In this document: piece by piece, positions 50,045-62,130 of the stretch
Numbering within the stretch: position 1 is the first letter of the stretch
Layout of the letters: each line of letters begins with the position of its first letter
Assembly: GCA_028534125.1 (NCBI GenBank)
Contig: CM052829.1
Span: forward strand, 4,588,001-4,652,000
DNA length: 64,000 nt
Source: Lama glama
Taxonomy: Eukaryota
Direction: 5' to 3'
Position numbers and translations under genes: made by a program
The notes under the pieces: generated by a model
Seen by the model: the letters and a program-made list of their open reading frames with translations, nothing else
What the model was told of the DNA's origin: nothing
Database searches by the model: none

Positions 50045-50150
50045 CATTTTTCTTTCTTTATCCCTTCCTTCTTTCCCTCCTTCCCTCCTTCCTTCCTTCC
50101 TTCCTTCCTTTTATTTATTGAAGTACATATTCAGTTTGCAACGTTATGTC
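50045..50150 (-). repeat. (TTCC)n-type tract adjoining a very short L1 3' terminus
   Basis: CTTCCTTCCTTCCTTCC followed by TTTATTTATTGAAGTACATATTCAGTTTGCAACGTTATGT (reverse L1 end). Confidence 0.65.
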
Positions 50151-53014
50151 GACCTCCCGCATTCGCTCCTTTCTGACTAACTCATAGGCACTATTCAGGG
50201 TTGCTGTAACTTCTAGAGGTGCCCCAGGGCAGCAGTGCCCAGGGAACTGAAAGAATCTGGGGTTGTGTTAAGAAATGCGGAGGAAATTGAATAATCAGTA
50301 AATCGCCTCGAGTCATTTACTTGATTATCACCTCTAGAAGGAGAACATTCATCACTATTAGATCTCTAAAAAGCTGCTTTACATTTACACCCTTTCCTCG
50401 GGATCACCTATCCGCCACCCCCACCCCCAGCCATCGCTTGCTCCCTGGGTCACCCCGTGAGGCCCACGCTCAGTTACCCACCCGCCTCGTCAGGCACAAC
50501 CTCGCCCGCGGCTTGGTCCAGCCCTCACTGACAGCATGCTTTAAGTCGACTTTGGGGGCTACCTTCAAACTGGATTATTTACAAATGAGGCCATACAGAA
50601 AATCACTGTTACTTTGGCTTATGTCTGAAAAGTGTTCATTTGTTAAATGTTAAATTTGTGATATACGACAATTGATTTAGCCGTATGTTGGCATTTCTAC
50701 AGTTTTTACTGCATGAGGAGGCCCGAGAGACAGAAGTGAGGCCAGGCAGCCCAAGCTGGAGGCCAGGCAGGTCTTGAGGGGTAAACTTAGAGGATGCAGA
50801 CGGTCTTTAAAATGCATTTGCTCTCATTGGAGGTTAAAAGACCAGCAGCAGTGGAAACTGAAGTCTGCTATTTATCTGCAGGCCAGGGCCGGTGCAGACA
50901 GCTGTGACAGGAGCCGCCCGAGAAGCTATGCCCGTGACCTTAACCGTGACCTCTGGGTGCAGACGCGCTGCAGTGGGTGTACTGGCATCTCTTTTAGGCA
51001 CAAATAGGCACAGTTGTGTAAATTTTGTTTTGAGGTCAGATGATGAACTTGCAGGCACTTATTTGTAGTGAATAATAGGAAAAACTATGTCTTTACGACT
51101 TATTTCAGCTTAACAAAACAAAGCCTTCTAGTGGGAAGAAAGTTGCATAGTACACTGAGAGCAGATTTTGAGGTTAAAACAAACATTACAAAAGGACTTT
51201 GAATCTGACTGGCACTGAGGTATTGCAAGGTCAGATTGACAAGTGACATGCCATTCAATTAATTAAGGTAAATATAATTATTTGGATAGATAGTTTAGTA
51301 CATATGACTTTTAGTTCTAAATTATCTGACTTTTTCTTTTACTTTTTCATTTCCTTTTATGTAGTTACAGCCTATTTTAAGATATAATGTTATAAATTAA
51401 GAAAAAGCAAGCTATGTTTAAAGAGGTCAGTGTGAAGCATTTAAAGTTGTTTTTCTCATGCTGATGAGCTACTGGCAGGTCTAACCATGGCCATCTCTGA
51501 AAGAACAACGGAAAATAAAACCCATGAAGAACATCTCAGGGCTGCACGCATTAGCGCACGGCTACAGTCCTTACTCAGGAAAGCCAGTAGAGTCTGTCAG
51601 GAAACCAGTGATTAATCCTATACAAAACTGCATCACTAGGACCCCTAACACTACCGATCCAAAAAGCCAGATGGTAAATAAAACTACTCAAAATTCCAAA
51701 TTCCTTGAAGTCCAGTTAAAATTGTTTTTCCCTTGAAGGTACTAAATTGACTCACTTTTTATTTATTCTCCTCGTCCCCTTAAAAAATCTTGTAGCTATA
51801 AGATGGCAAATCAGGATTTGGGGAGAAGAATAGACTTTGAGGATCTCTATTTCCTGTAGAATGAAGCTGGAATTCTACCCAGAATGAGCTCTCAGAAGTC
51901 TACCAGTCACCCAAGGGACTGTGGGGTTAAAGGAGGGTGTGCGGAGAGAAGGGTGCCGGCTGCCACGTGCAGGGCTGCCCAGAGGGGTGGGTGGAGATGG
52001 GCTCCAGGTTCTAGGAGGTAGCAGATAACAGGGTCCTGCCTGTGGTTTGTTAAGCAAACTTCTGATGGAGTGCAAGTCAGTGCTCCGTGGTCCCAGAAAC
52101 ACGTCTGGGGCCTCGGGGTACAGGAGAAGGACCCTGAAGTGACCCTCTGGGGAAAGCAAGGTGTTAGCACCAGGCCAGCAGTCTTAAGTTCCTTCACGTA
52201 ATCCTTGAACAATTCTGTGAGGTTGCTGAGGATGACGATCAGGCAAAAACACATAATGATTACTCTGCCCAGGTGCCTAGGTTAGCGCTGCCGTGACGAC
52301 GGACCAGGGTTATCTACGTAAAACTCCTGTGTTTCTCATTGTATTTGTTAGTATAGTCATCATTATAATATCAGCATCAATGTCTCATCAAAGGGTGGTG
52401 GTGAGAATGAAACAAACTAAGTTATGTAAAGCTCCTGGCGCACTTGACAGTTATTGGGCACTAGACGAGTGTTTATTTCTTTCACGTTCCTAATAGGGTT
52501 GATTCAAGGAGCTTACGTGTGTTCGTTAATATTCTAATCTACCCACTGTACGGATGAATACCTTGTCAGAGACGGATTTGATCTCAGGTCTATCTAAAAC
52601 CGAGTCTCAGCTGTTCCATTACAACTTCCTCTCCAGGGAACTCAGGGTCAGTATGGTCAAACTCAGCTTGACTCAGCAATTTCTGACCATTGACCCTATA
52701 ATCACTTTAGAAAGGGGGTACCTCCTAATCTTTGTGGATTATTTGGTCTTAAATATATTTGGGTTTAGGTCTTTACTCTTTCTTCTTCTGTCTATTTTAT
52801 TCTATCCAAGAAGAATTAAAATAACAGAGAAAACAAAAAATTTTAGATGAAACTGGAATGCATGTAAGATTTTAAAATGTGCATGTGCCTACAATAGTAA
52901 CAGACATTATTTTAATAAACAATATAAAATATTGTTTTATATGTAACCACATGACATTGCCAATGTTCAATCATTTTGACTTTTAAAAATGTTAGTTTCA
53001 TATGGTTTAATCTA

Positions 53015-53297
53015 AATTTTAATTTTTTAATTGAGGCGTAATTGACAAAGAACATTATATTAATTTCAGGTGTACAGTACAATGATTTGACATTTGTATA
53101 TATTGTGAAGTGATCATCACAATAATTCTAGTTAACATTCGTTACCATTTATAGTTACAAATTATTTTCCTTGTGATGAGAACTTCTAAGATCTACTCCC
53201 TCAGCAACTTTCAAATATGCGATAGTGTATTAACCATAGTCATCATGCTGTACGTTACATCACCATGACTTATTTCATAACTGAAAGTGTTTACCTT
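53015..53297 (-). mobile_element. LINE-1 3' end, reverse orientation
   Basis: TTTTAATTGAGGCGTAATTGACA..TTTCAGGTGTACAGTACAATGATTTGACATTTGTATATATTGTGAAGTGATCATCAC..AAGATCTACTCCCTCAGCAACTTTCAAATAT. Confidence 0.9.
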
Positions 53298-55984
53298 AAG
53301 TTTTAATTCTTACTATGTAAAAAGATTTACCATGTAGTTCTTACTGTAGGCGCTAGATATGTAAGCACCTTTCATACATTTAGCTTACTTAATTTTAATT
53401 CTCAACAACCTTGTGAAGCTGGTAATGTTACTGACCACAGTTTCACAGATGAGGAGCCTGTAGTATAGAAAGGGCAGATCTGACATCCAAGTATAAAATG
53501 AAACCCTAATATGCAAATAATTAAATATCTGTACAGATATTTTGACCAAGAAATTCAGTTGCTATATATATGAAAATAAAATGAAATTTTAAAAATGTGA
53601 TATTAAGTAATTTCTTTACTTTGAGCAACCAGATGAGGACGTCAAATCTAACTGTCCTTCCACCCTCCCCGGAAGCTCCTCAATAAAATGGTTTGATCCC
53701 AGAAAGAAATAAGTAAATAATTTCTTTAACAATGAACATATGATTCAACTAAATGAAAACTGCTTTCCCTCTGTATAGCTTTGGAACTATCCATGACATT
53801 AATAATGTACAAACAATAATTTTGAGTCACCATAATTGGCAAAAATTGAATGCAAGGATAGATATGGTTGTCAGAAAATTTACTGTAAAATAAAAAGTTT
53901 ATATTGGATCCTTAAAAATATTTCTTTCCAAGTTTTCTCCAGTGTTCTCTTTTTCTTAAGTGGCTATTATATCTTTGGAGAAAACAGACCAACACCAACA
54001 ACCTTTTATTGACTAATTTTAAATGTAAATTTTGTCTTTAATAATTTTCCTTGATTCTCCATGAAAACTTGTTTAAAGTTACCATCCCCACTAAATTTAA
54101 GATTTTTTTCCTTTTGTAACATGCTTTTAAACTGTTTCATGAAAATATTTCCGTAGGGGATACAAAACAATATTATGATGACATAGGTTGTTTTGTGCCT
54201 GTGCAATTTCATATAAACGTATATAAAGCAATGTTATAGCAGATAAAGTTTCCTATATGAGATTAAATTCTCATTAATATATTTTTAGTGTTTTTTGAAA
54301 AATAGTTTAATACAAAGAAGTACAATTTCCTCATCTATTTTACTACAATTGCATTTTTTGTTTTAGATCATTTTCATTAAAATATCTTGTTTCCAAATCA
54401 AAATAAAGCTCACTTTTATTTTTGTTAGAGAAATAACTGGGTTGTGTTCTGTAACGGCTGTTGGAGGTATCAGGCTAGACAGTATCTTGGCAAAACTAAA
54501 ATCTAGGTTGGAAATGAAAACACGAAAGTGCTAGAAAATAATAGTAGGCTTTATGAGGATATATCGAAATGTGGTGAGTACTGCTGTTTTCTTTTCATGA
54601 CTATCTCTTTTATAGTCTTCATTGATGTTGGAAAAACATGATTTTCTAGATCCATATTTAACTTTCCAAAATGATTAGAACTTCCGTTAAAAATCTCCCA
54701 TCACCATAAGTTTATATTCTTTCTATACGAAGACCAAACATACAGTAACGTATCAGACCCTTGAGTGTCTGTGTTAACTGGCTCTAACCATCACGTGGGT
54801 TGTCATTATGTGTGTTTGTCTTGTTATGTCACCATCTCAAATCCCATGTTGAGGAAGGGAAACGTTTTAGTTACATTTGTTTTGTTATGTTTTTGTTTTT
54901 TTTAGTTACAAATATTTTTGATCTCATGGACCATGTATACAGGGAATAATGGAAATTTCCAAAAATTATATTTCTGTAATTCCTGATGTAACTGTCAACC
55001 ATACAGCGATCTGGCTGAGAAGGCTGCATTGCCTGGGATCACCCAGAAATGAGCACAAAAGACTTAATTACGTTGTCATACTTCATGGTTGTCCTTTGAA
55101 AAGTCTGTTGGATTGCCAGCAGGGAGACCAGGGCTGGCTTTGCTCCTCCACAGATCCCAAAGCACGGAGGTAACTGGTGCCTACACAGTGGCTCGCCCTG
55201 CCATGGGCTCGCGTGCCAGCCCACAAACACGTCCATGATAGTTCCACAGCTATACAGAGGAACGGTGCCCGCGATGCTGCGATCACTGGCAGGAAGGATT
55301 TAAGGCACGTCCACTCTGTCACTGAGGCTGAGATCAATAGTTCATTATTGATTGTTGTTCATGACCTAAGTGTCATTAAACTCTCCAGAGACAACATGCC
55401 TCATAGGATTTCCTGGAAACTTCACTTGCTGTTAGACCTTTCATATTAAGCATAAATAAAAGGCACACAAAATCTCCCCTAGTAACCTGAATAATTCACT
55501 GATACACTGGGAAGATGTCTAAATATTAGCACTGTGTTTGATTTTACATTCAGGATCAAGCTATCTCCATTTCTGTCTTTGAAACAAATCCTTGCAAGGG
55601 TGTGAGATTGGTTACTAATTTCAATGAGCCCTGATCAGAGGTAAGTCACCTTCTATAATAGTGAACTCAAAAGGAATGAAAACAAATCTTTTTCAAGGAA
55701 TTGGAAGAAACAGAGCTTTGAATTAATGTGGTTTAGATTCTTAGAGAACATGAAAGACGATTCAATATTATTAAGAGAGCCAATCAGGGCGCAGAAGTGT
55801 CATTTGAATTACACACTGTTTAAAACAAACACTGGCCCAATGATAGTTTCCTCTAACATTTTCTCCTTCAATCTGAACATATTTATGCTTTATTTTAGTG
55901 AAAATTTTGTTCTATGAAAAATGTGAGACATTGGATTATGTTACCCAAAGAATCTGGACTTGCCACTTGTAAAAGTGTAAGAAG

Positions 55985-56715
55985 AATGACTCAGACTCGT
56001 CCTACCCTCCACATGCCTTCTGCTGGCAAGGCTGGGACTCTTTCCATTTCTACCCCGACCGCCACGTTTAGTCCCTTAAGATCTGTCTCCGGATGCGCCT
56101 CAGTAAGTGATTTGCAACAACCTCTCCACTGGTCTCTTCCGCCTTCTGTCTTTTTATCCTTCACAGCCACCTGATTAAACCTCCATCAGCTCAGCTTGGG
56201 TTGTTTCCCCATTGGTGAAAACACTGAGAAATTTACTATTATCTGTGGGATAAATTTCAGCTTCCTTGGCCTGGCATTAAGTCCTTTTTAATGGTCTTGA
56301 GGCCAATCCTTATCTTCTGCCTTCTCCTACAGGAGCCCCAGGCTCCCATCAAATGAAAATGGCTACTCCAAACAAGAGTAAGGGGCTCCCACCGTCTCAG
56401 CTTTCCTCGCACCAGTCCTTCACACTGGGTTTCCCTCCCCACCTGCCGAACAGAGTTTGTGAGGGTCCTTTTATCTGTGGAGGCTTTCCTGGTCACACAA
56501 GTCAGAAGACATTTTTCTTTCCTTTAATCATTTACAAAAAGTGTTTCTGCCTCTCTTACTCCCCTTTTCACCAAGAAGCCCATTTTATAGGTATTGTGAA
56601 ACTATCTTGTTGACAAGAATGAAGCTCCTTGAAAATGGGAAGCATCTTTGGAGCCTTCATAATGTCAGATGAAGGAGGTGTTCACGAAATGTTTGCTGGG
56701 AAAATAAATATGAAG
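55985..56715 (+). mobile_element. Degraded L2 LINE fragment
   Basis: TTCCATTTCTACC..TGCAACAACCTC..GGATAAATTTCAGCTTCCTTGGCCTGGCATT..GAATGAAGCTCCTTGA..AAATGTTTGCTGG. Confidence 0.55.
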
Positions 56716-57174
56716 GAGTAATAACGCTGCAGGATGGAAGGAGGTCCGGCCCCCTGCTGCACCTCTACAGCTGGCTCAGTGGGACACAGGGGACAGGGCC
56801 GGGGCGAAGCTGGCAAGCACACGGGTCATCTGGAGGTGAGGCAAGATCCAGGGAGAAGCTGCTGGAACTGAGGCTAGGAACACAAGGGACTGGAGTTAAA
56901 TGGGCGGTCAGTGCCTCTGGCACTAGTGTTAGAATATGTAGGAGAAATTCTTTGCTTAAGAATCCCTGATCAGGAAAGGAGAGGACCAAAGAGGCAGGGC
57001 AGAGGCACAGAGGAGGCCCAGGAACACCACCACGCCTGGCAGGGTCCCGTCCTCTCTCTGATCTCGGAGTCGCGTGAAGCTCGTGCAGATCTGACTTCAT
57101 GGGGATACGGTTGATAAATGACCACTGTGTGGAAGGCACCTTGTTGAGCGGTCCCCCTTGAGCCATGACATAAT

Positions 57175-57375
57175 AATAACCATGCTAATATTTGTTGAGT
57201 GTTTTCTATTACCAGGTGATGAACCGTGCTTAAATATATTGTTTCATTATTATTCATTTAATCTTTGCAACAAAACTGAGGCAGGTGCTATTATTAGCAT
57301 CCCTATTTAGAGTTTCGGCAACTAAGTATGAGAGCAATAAAGTGATCTGCCCGCGTTCCTGCAGTGAGTGAGCCA
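57175..57375 (-). mobile_element. MIR SINE
   Basis: GCTAATATTTGTTGAGTG..CATTTAATCTTTGCAACAA..GAGGCAGGTGCTATTATTAGCATCC..AAGTGATCTGCCC. Confidence 0.75.
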
Positions 57376-59114
57376 GGCGGCCGGGCATGGCTGAGGGCAG
57401 GCTCGGGGCTCTCAGGCCCCCTCCCCACGGCGAGCTCAGGGCCTGCTTCTTCCCCCTGGGTCCATCTGGGGTTAATGCCCCGCATTTCCATAGGCCAAAC
57501 GAAGGGGCAGCAGCAGTTTTAAGATGTTGGGCGCTGATGTAACATTTTTGGTGCCTTGGAAAATTCTCTCCTACAAAAAAGGTTTTTTTTTATGGAAGTA
57601 TAGACAGTTTAAATGCCAGTTATTACAGTCAATTGTTTCTGGTGTACAGCATAATGAATATAACCTTACCCATCAAGCCAGTTATTTGGCGACTGCTGTG
57701 TGCATACATGCATCCATGCGTGTGTGCGTGAATTAAGTGAATTTGGAGTTGGCACAGAATGAGGACGAGCCATGATCTGTGGGTGGGTGTGGTCTAAAGA
57801 AGATGCAGGCAGTGTGATAAAGGTTGAGAGCAGTTGGTCTCCCTGCATGGAACCTGATGAGCAAGTTACTCCACTCCACCAGTCTTCATTTCCTCATGGG
57901 ATCATAGTAACTCCCCCGGGACTAGGATCAGGGGGGAGAAGTGGCAGTGCATGTTTGGGACATCAGGTGTCTACGCAGCTGGCATGTTGTTACTGTTGTT
58001 GGCATTTAGACTGGAGTCATTGGGAGTTATTTAATACGACCACGTTGCGGAACTAGATTCACTATAAGGCTTTCTTACCTTCCATTTAATTCTATTTCAA
58101 ATATAACCTGAAGTATTTAAAAAGACTAAAATCATTTCTAAAAAGAAAGACTGACGAAGTCAGTGGGAAAATTAAGAGCGGTTTCCAGTAGGAAACCTGA
58201 CGCCAAGACCAAGCACGTAGTGACTCCTACAACCTGCAGCGTCCGGGAGTGGGGAGCTCTGGAAACGCTGAAGGGAGGGGACCGCGTAAAGACAGGCATC
58301 TTTGAACTGATCTGGTCCTAAAGCACCTACGGCCAAATCAGGAAAGTCGGGAAATCAGAGCAAACAAGCAAAATCAAAGTACAGGCAAGTACTCCGGACG
58401 CCTGCAGGCCCCTGGCCCCAGCGGTCAGCCCGAGACGGAACTCAGCACCTGCTCGTCAGGGTAGACACCAGCCCGAGGATTTCAAATTTGTCGGCATGAG
58501 CCTGGTTTCCCGCGATTATTCTCGGCCTCCCATCTGTATGTCACAGTCTAACACCACCGCGGCCTGTGGTTGACCCTGACCCCCGCTCTCCCCATGGAAG
58601 ACCGCTTTTATCATTTGGTTCCAACGTTACTGGTCATGGTCTTCTGATTTTCACATTGTCAATTCACAGTTAAATTGCTCTAATGAAGAAAAGCCACTGA
58701 ATGTCACCCCAAAAGAACATATAGTCTTAAATTCACTGGTATTGCTCTTTAGAGCAGATTCGATGATTTTTGCTTCATACATACCCACCAAATTGTAGTT
58801 ATTTTAGGTATTATGCAGAGCTAATGTATGTTCTCTGTGTATTCTTGGAAGGCAACTGGGAAAAGTCATTCACAAATGTTTGGTGTAATGGATGAGTAAT
58901 TATTTTGTGATAAAAAGTCTTCTATGCTTTGTTTTTCTTAGATAATCAAGAACGAATTTTATGCTGAAGTTTCTGGTAAAAAGCTGCCTAAAAAGATTCA
59001 GCATCACAAATCCGGTCACATGGAACTTTTAGTTTTATTAGTTTCTACTCAAAGGTATGAGGATAATAGCCAAATTCTTTCACACTCATTTTAAATTTCA
59101 AATGGCGTATAATG

Positions 59115-59320
59115 TTATTAATAGCCATTAGTTATGGAGTGCTTGTTCCATGGTGTGTACTTCACAGGCATGGAATCTAATTTTCTCAAAAATCCTAAGC
59201 AATAGACCTTATTATCCTCATTTAATAGGTGGAGACACAGAGGCTGAGAAGCCTTAAGTGATTAGTCTGAATTCATGGCACTGACAGGGGTCACAGCCAC
59301 ACCTGGGTTCAGGTCTGCGG
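59115..59320 (-). mobile_element. MIR SINE
   Basis: TTATGGAGTGCTT..TTATTATCCTCATTTAATAGGTGGAGACACAGAGGCTGAGAAG..TAAGTGATT. Confidence 0.7.
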
Positions 59321-61309
59321 GCTCTCCGGGGCCCATCGCCCTGCTTTCCGCCCTTGGTTACCAAGCAGCACGCACATGGAGTCCAGGAGGAAGGGCCCTT
59401 CCTGACCCCCGCCAGGTGAACGGAAGCTCAGCATCGTTCTGGAGGTGACTGGATGACAGCTCACTTCAAACACCATTAGACCCTCGACTTTCAAGTGCAT
59501 ACGATGAAATTGCAATTAAGGAAGAAACCTGAGAATCTCAGTGAAGTTCTGCGAGTATCCATTATTACAAGCTAAATGTCTTTTCCTGAAAAACAAATGC
59601 TAAGATGATAGAGAATAAATGTTATTTGAGTAGTATCTGAATTCTGTGGGGAAAAGAGAAAGAAAGAGCCTAGAGGCCTAGTCCCTCAACATCATCTTCT
59701 TAATTTCTAAGAAAACAGCGAGGCTAAAGCCGGAGACGTCTACCGAAGTGTGTTCTGAAAATCTTCACCTAAACCGTGCCCACCGGGAGGGCCCCACACC
59801 GCATGGGACAGACGCGAAGTGCAGAGGGCGCCCGCAGTGCCACCTGCATTATTCTGTAGGTGAGGCAGAAATAATCTCATCCAACCGGTAGGAGAATGGT
59901 TGTTGGCCTTGGCTCCAACACTTCACTTTCAAGGGTCCAAAGAACATCCGTGCAGACTGCTAGGGCTTGGGTGTCCGTTTTGGGAGACTCTATGAGAGAA
60001 AGTCACAATTTAAAAGAGAAGGGAAAGAAATGCAGGTCCCCGAAGGGGTATCGAGAGTTGATTCAGGTGGAACTACAAACCTTTGTCGAAAAGGTTGGGC
60101 CGCCCCTGGCGTGGCCTCCAGGCCACCCAGCTGAGTGCAGAGTTTGGCCACGGCCTCCGGGGCCACTGAGGGGCCAGGGCAGGAGCACACTAGTTATTCT
60201 GAAGACGGTCTTTGACAACCTTCCATTTTCTATGGCAGAAAGTATGACTGCATTCTGATTCTGAAACTCAAATTCTTGACCGAGTTAAAGTTTTTAATAG
60301 TTTAAAGGGGTTCATGTTAGTAGCATGGTCTTTAACAATGTTTTTGTCAAACGAACTTTAGAACCCCAAATTTTGTCTTTTTCTGCCTCTCTGATAGTCT
60401 ACAGAGTATCATTTTATTACTATGTTGCTCTGTGAAGTAAACATAAATGTCCTACTTTATGTATCAATAATAAAACATGCATTATTTTCCTAAAAACAGC
60501 AATATATGATGATACTTCCTAGCAATAAATATTTATGGACAATTCACACCGGTTTTATCATCCGCACCAATGGTAACAGATGTGGGTTTATCATTCAGTC
60601 TGGAAGATTTTATAAACCACTGAATAATGAACTCCCACCCATTCCAAAAGACACGGACTATAAAATAGTATGAATTGTCAGAAAATAGTTATTCTGATGA
60701 AATACAGCATTCACCCCTCCACTTCCACAGAGATAGATCGTGTCCCAAAATATGCATAACTTTATAGATGTAAGACTGATCTTAACAAATGATTTACATG
60801 ACAGAACCCTGTAACACAGCACTCCCCTTCACACTCAGGAGTGGAATCAATACAAGTAACCGTGTGTGTCCCGCTGTGATGGAGGGCTGAGTCACCGCCT
60901 CCCTCCTCAGCCTAGGTGACGAGCGAGGCTCATTTTATAGCTGGCGATGAAATTGAACCGGCAAAGGCCGCGGAGCTCCTGCTGTGGGCAGTGCTCGTTG
61001 CCGGGTGCTGCCGTCCACCCACAGCAGACTTACAGCAGCTCGTCGTGTGTGCTGCCCAACTCCACCTCGGCCCCAGCGCCGGGGAACCCATCCCAGTGCG
61101 GGCTGCGGCAGCTCTGCTCTTTTCTGGCAGGCGTACGGCTCCCCGCCTGGGCAGGAGGGACGTTGTTCCTCCTCCTCTGTTACAGTCAGTGCATCCTTTC
61201 CCTACAGTGCTGCTTCTTTAGCTCTCTGGCTGGGCATCTTCCTAACGGCTTCACAGGCAGATGTCTCCATGGCAAGCTTTGGCTCTCCTGCCTTGACAAG
61301 CAGTAAAGA

Positions 61310-62130
61310 TTCATTTAAAGATGGACTCCAGCATCAATTTGGTGTCAGAATTATGCCAGGAACTGAGGATATGGTGGTTGACAGAGGACCCAGTCCCTGA
61401 CCTCACGGGGCTTCAGTCTAGCTGGGAAGGGGAGCATTACATACACAGTTCTCTACTGTGCAACGAGAACATAAGACACACAGATCGGACCCGGTGTGGA
61501 GAGGCAGGGCTGCTCCCTGAGTTGGGATGCTTCAGGGGCAGCCTGATGGAGGAATCGAGTGGGAAGGAGGGGGTGTAAAGGATGACAGGCAAAGAGAACA
61601 GTTTAAGCAAAGGCCCTGAAGTAGAAGAGAGCTGACCTTTTGTCAAACAGAACTGGAGGCGGGGAGAGGTGTTTCAGGTAAGGCTGGAGAAGTGAGCAAG
61701 ACTCAGGTGGAGAGGGTAGCCACCTGTGTTCTAAGGGTAACAAGAGGCCAAGGAAGGCTGTAAATAGACAAGTGGCACAACTAATTTTATATTTTGGTTC
61801 CTGTTTGCACTATATTTGAGGGAGGATAAGTTGATAGCAGTTGCACTGCCCAGGTGCAATGTGATGATAGTAGTTTAGGGTGATAGAGAAGTGGACACAT
61901 ACTTTGGAAACTTACCAAAAAATAGACCTTAGTGTTAAATTTGATAGAGTAAGAGAGAGGCACTTTGGGATTTCTGCCAAATGGATAGATGGCAACATTA
62001 GCTCTAATAAAGGACACTGAGGGAGGACGAAGTTTCTAGGGAGAGGGAAGAGCACGTGATTGCCTATGGACACACTGTGGGTAAGTCCTCGTGAAACGTC
62101 CTAAGGGGGCAAGTGTAGAACTCAAACACC
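61310..62130 (-). mobile_element. L2 LINE fragment
   Basis: TATGCCAGGAACTGAGGATATGGTGG..GTCCCTGACCTCACGGGGCTTCAGTCTAG..AACAGTTTAAGCAAAGGCCCTGA..GAGAAGTGGACA..TGGATAGATGG. Confidence 0.7.

Noticed and set aside
53500-54460. Very AT-rich stretch considered as MAR/origin or transposon relic
   Set aside because: No diagnostic motif, terminal repeat or ORF that I can support by eye.
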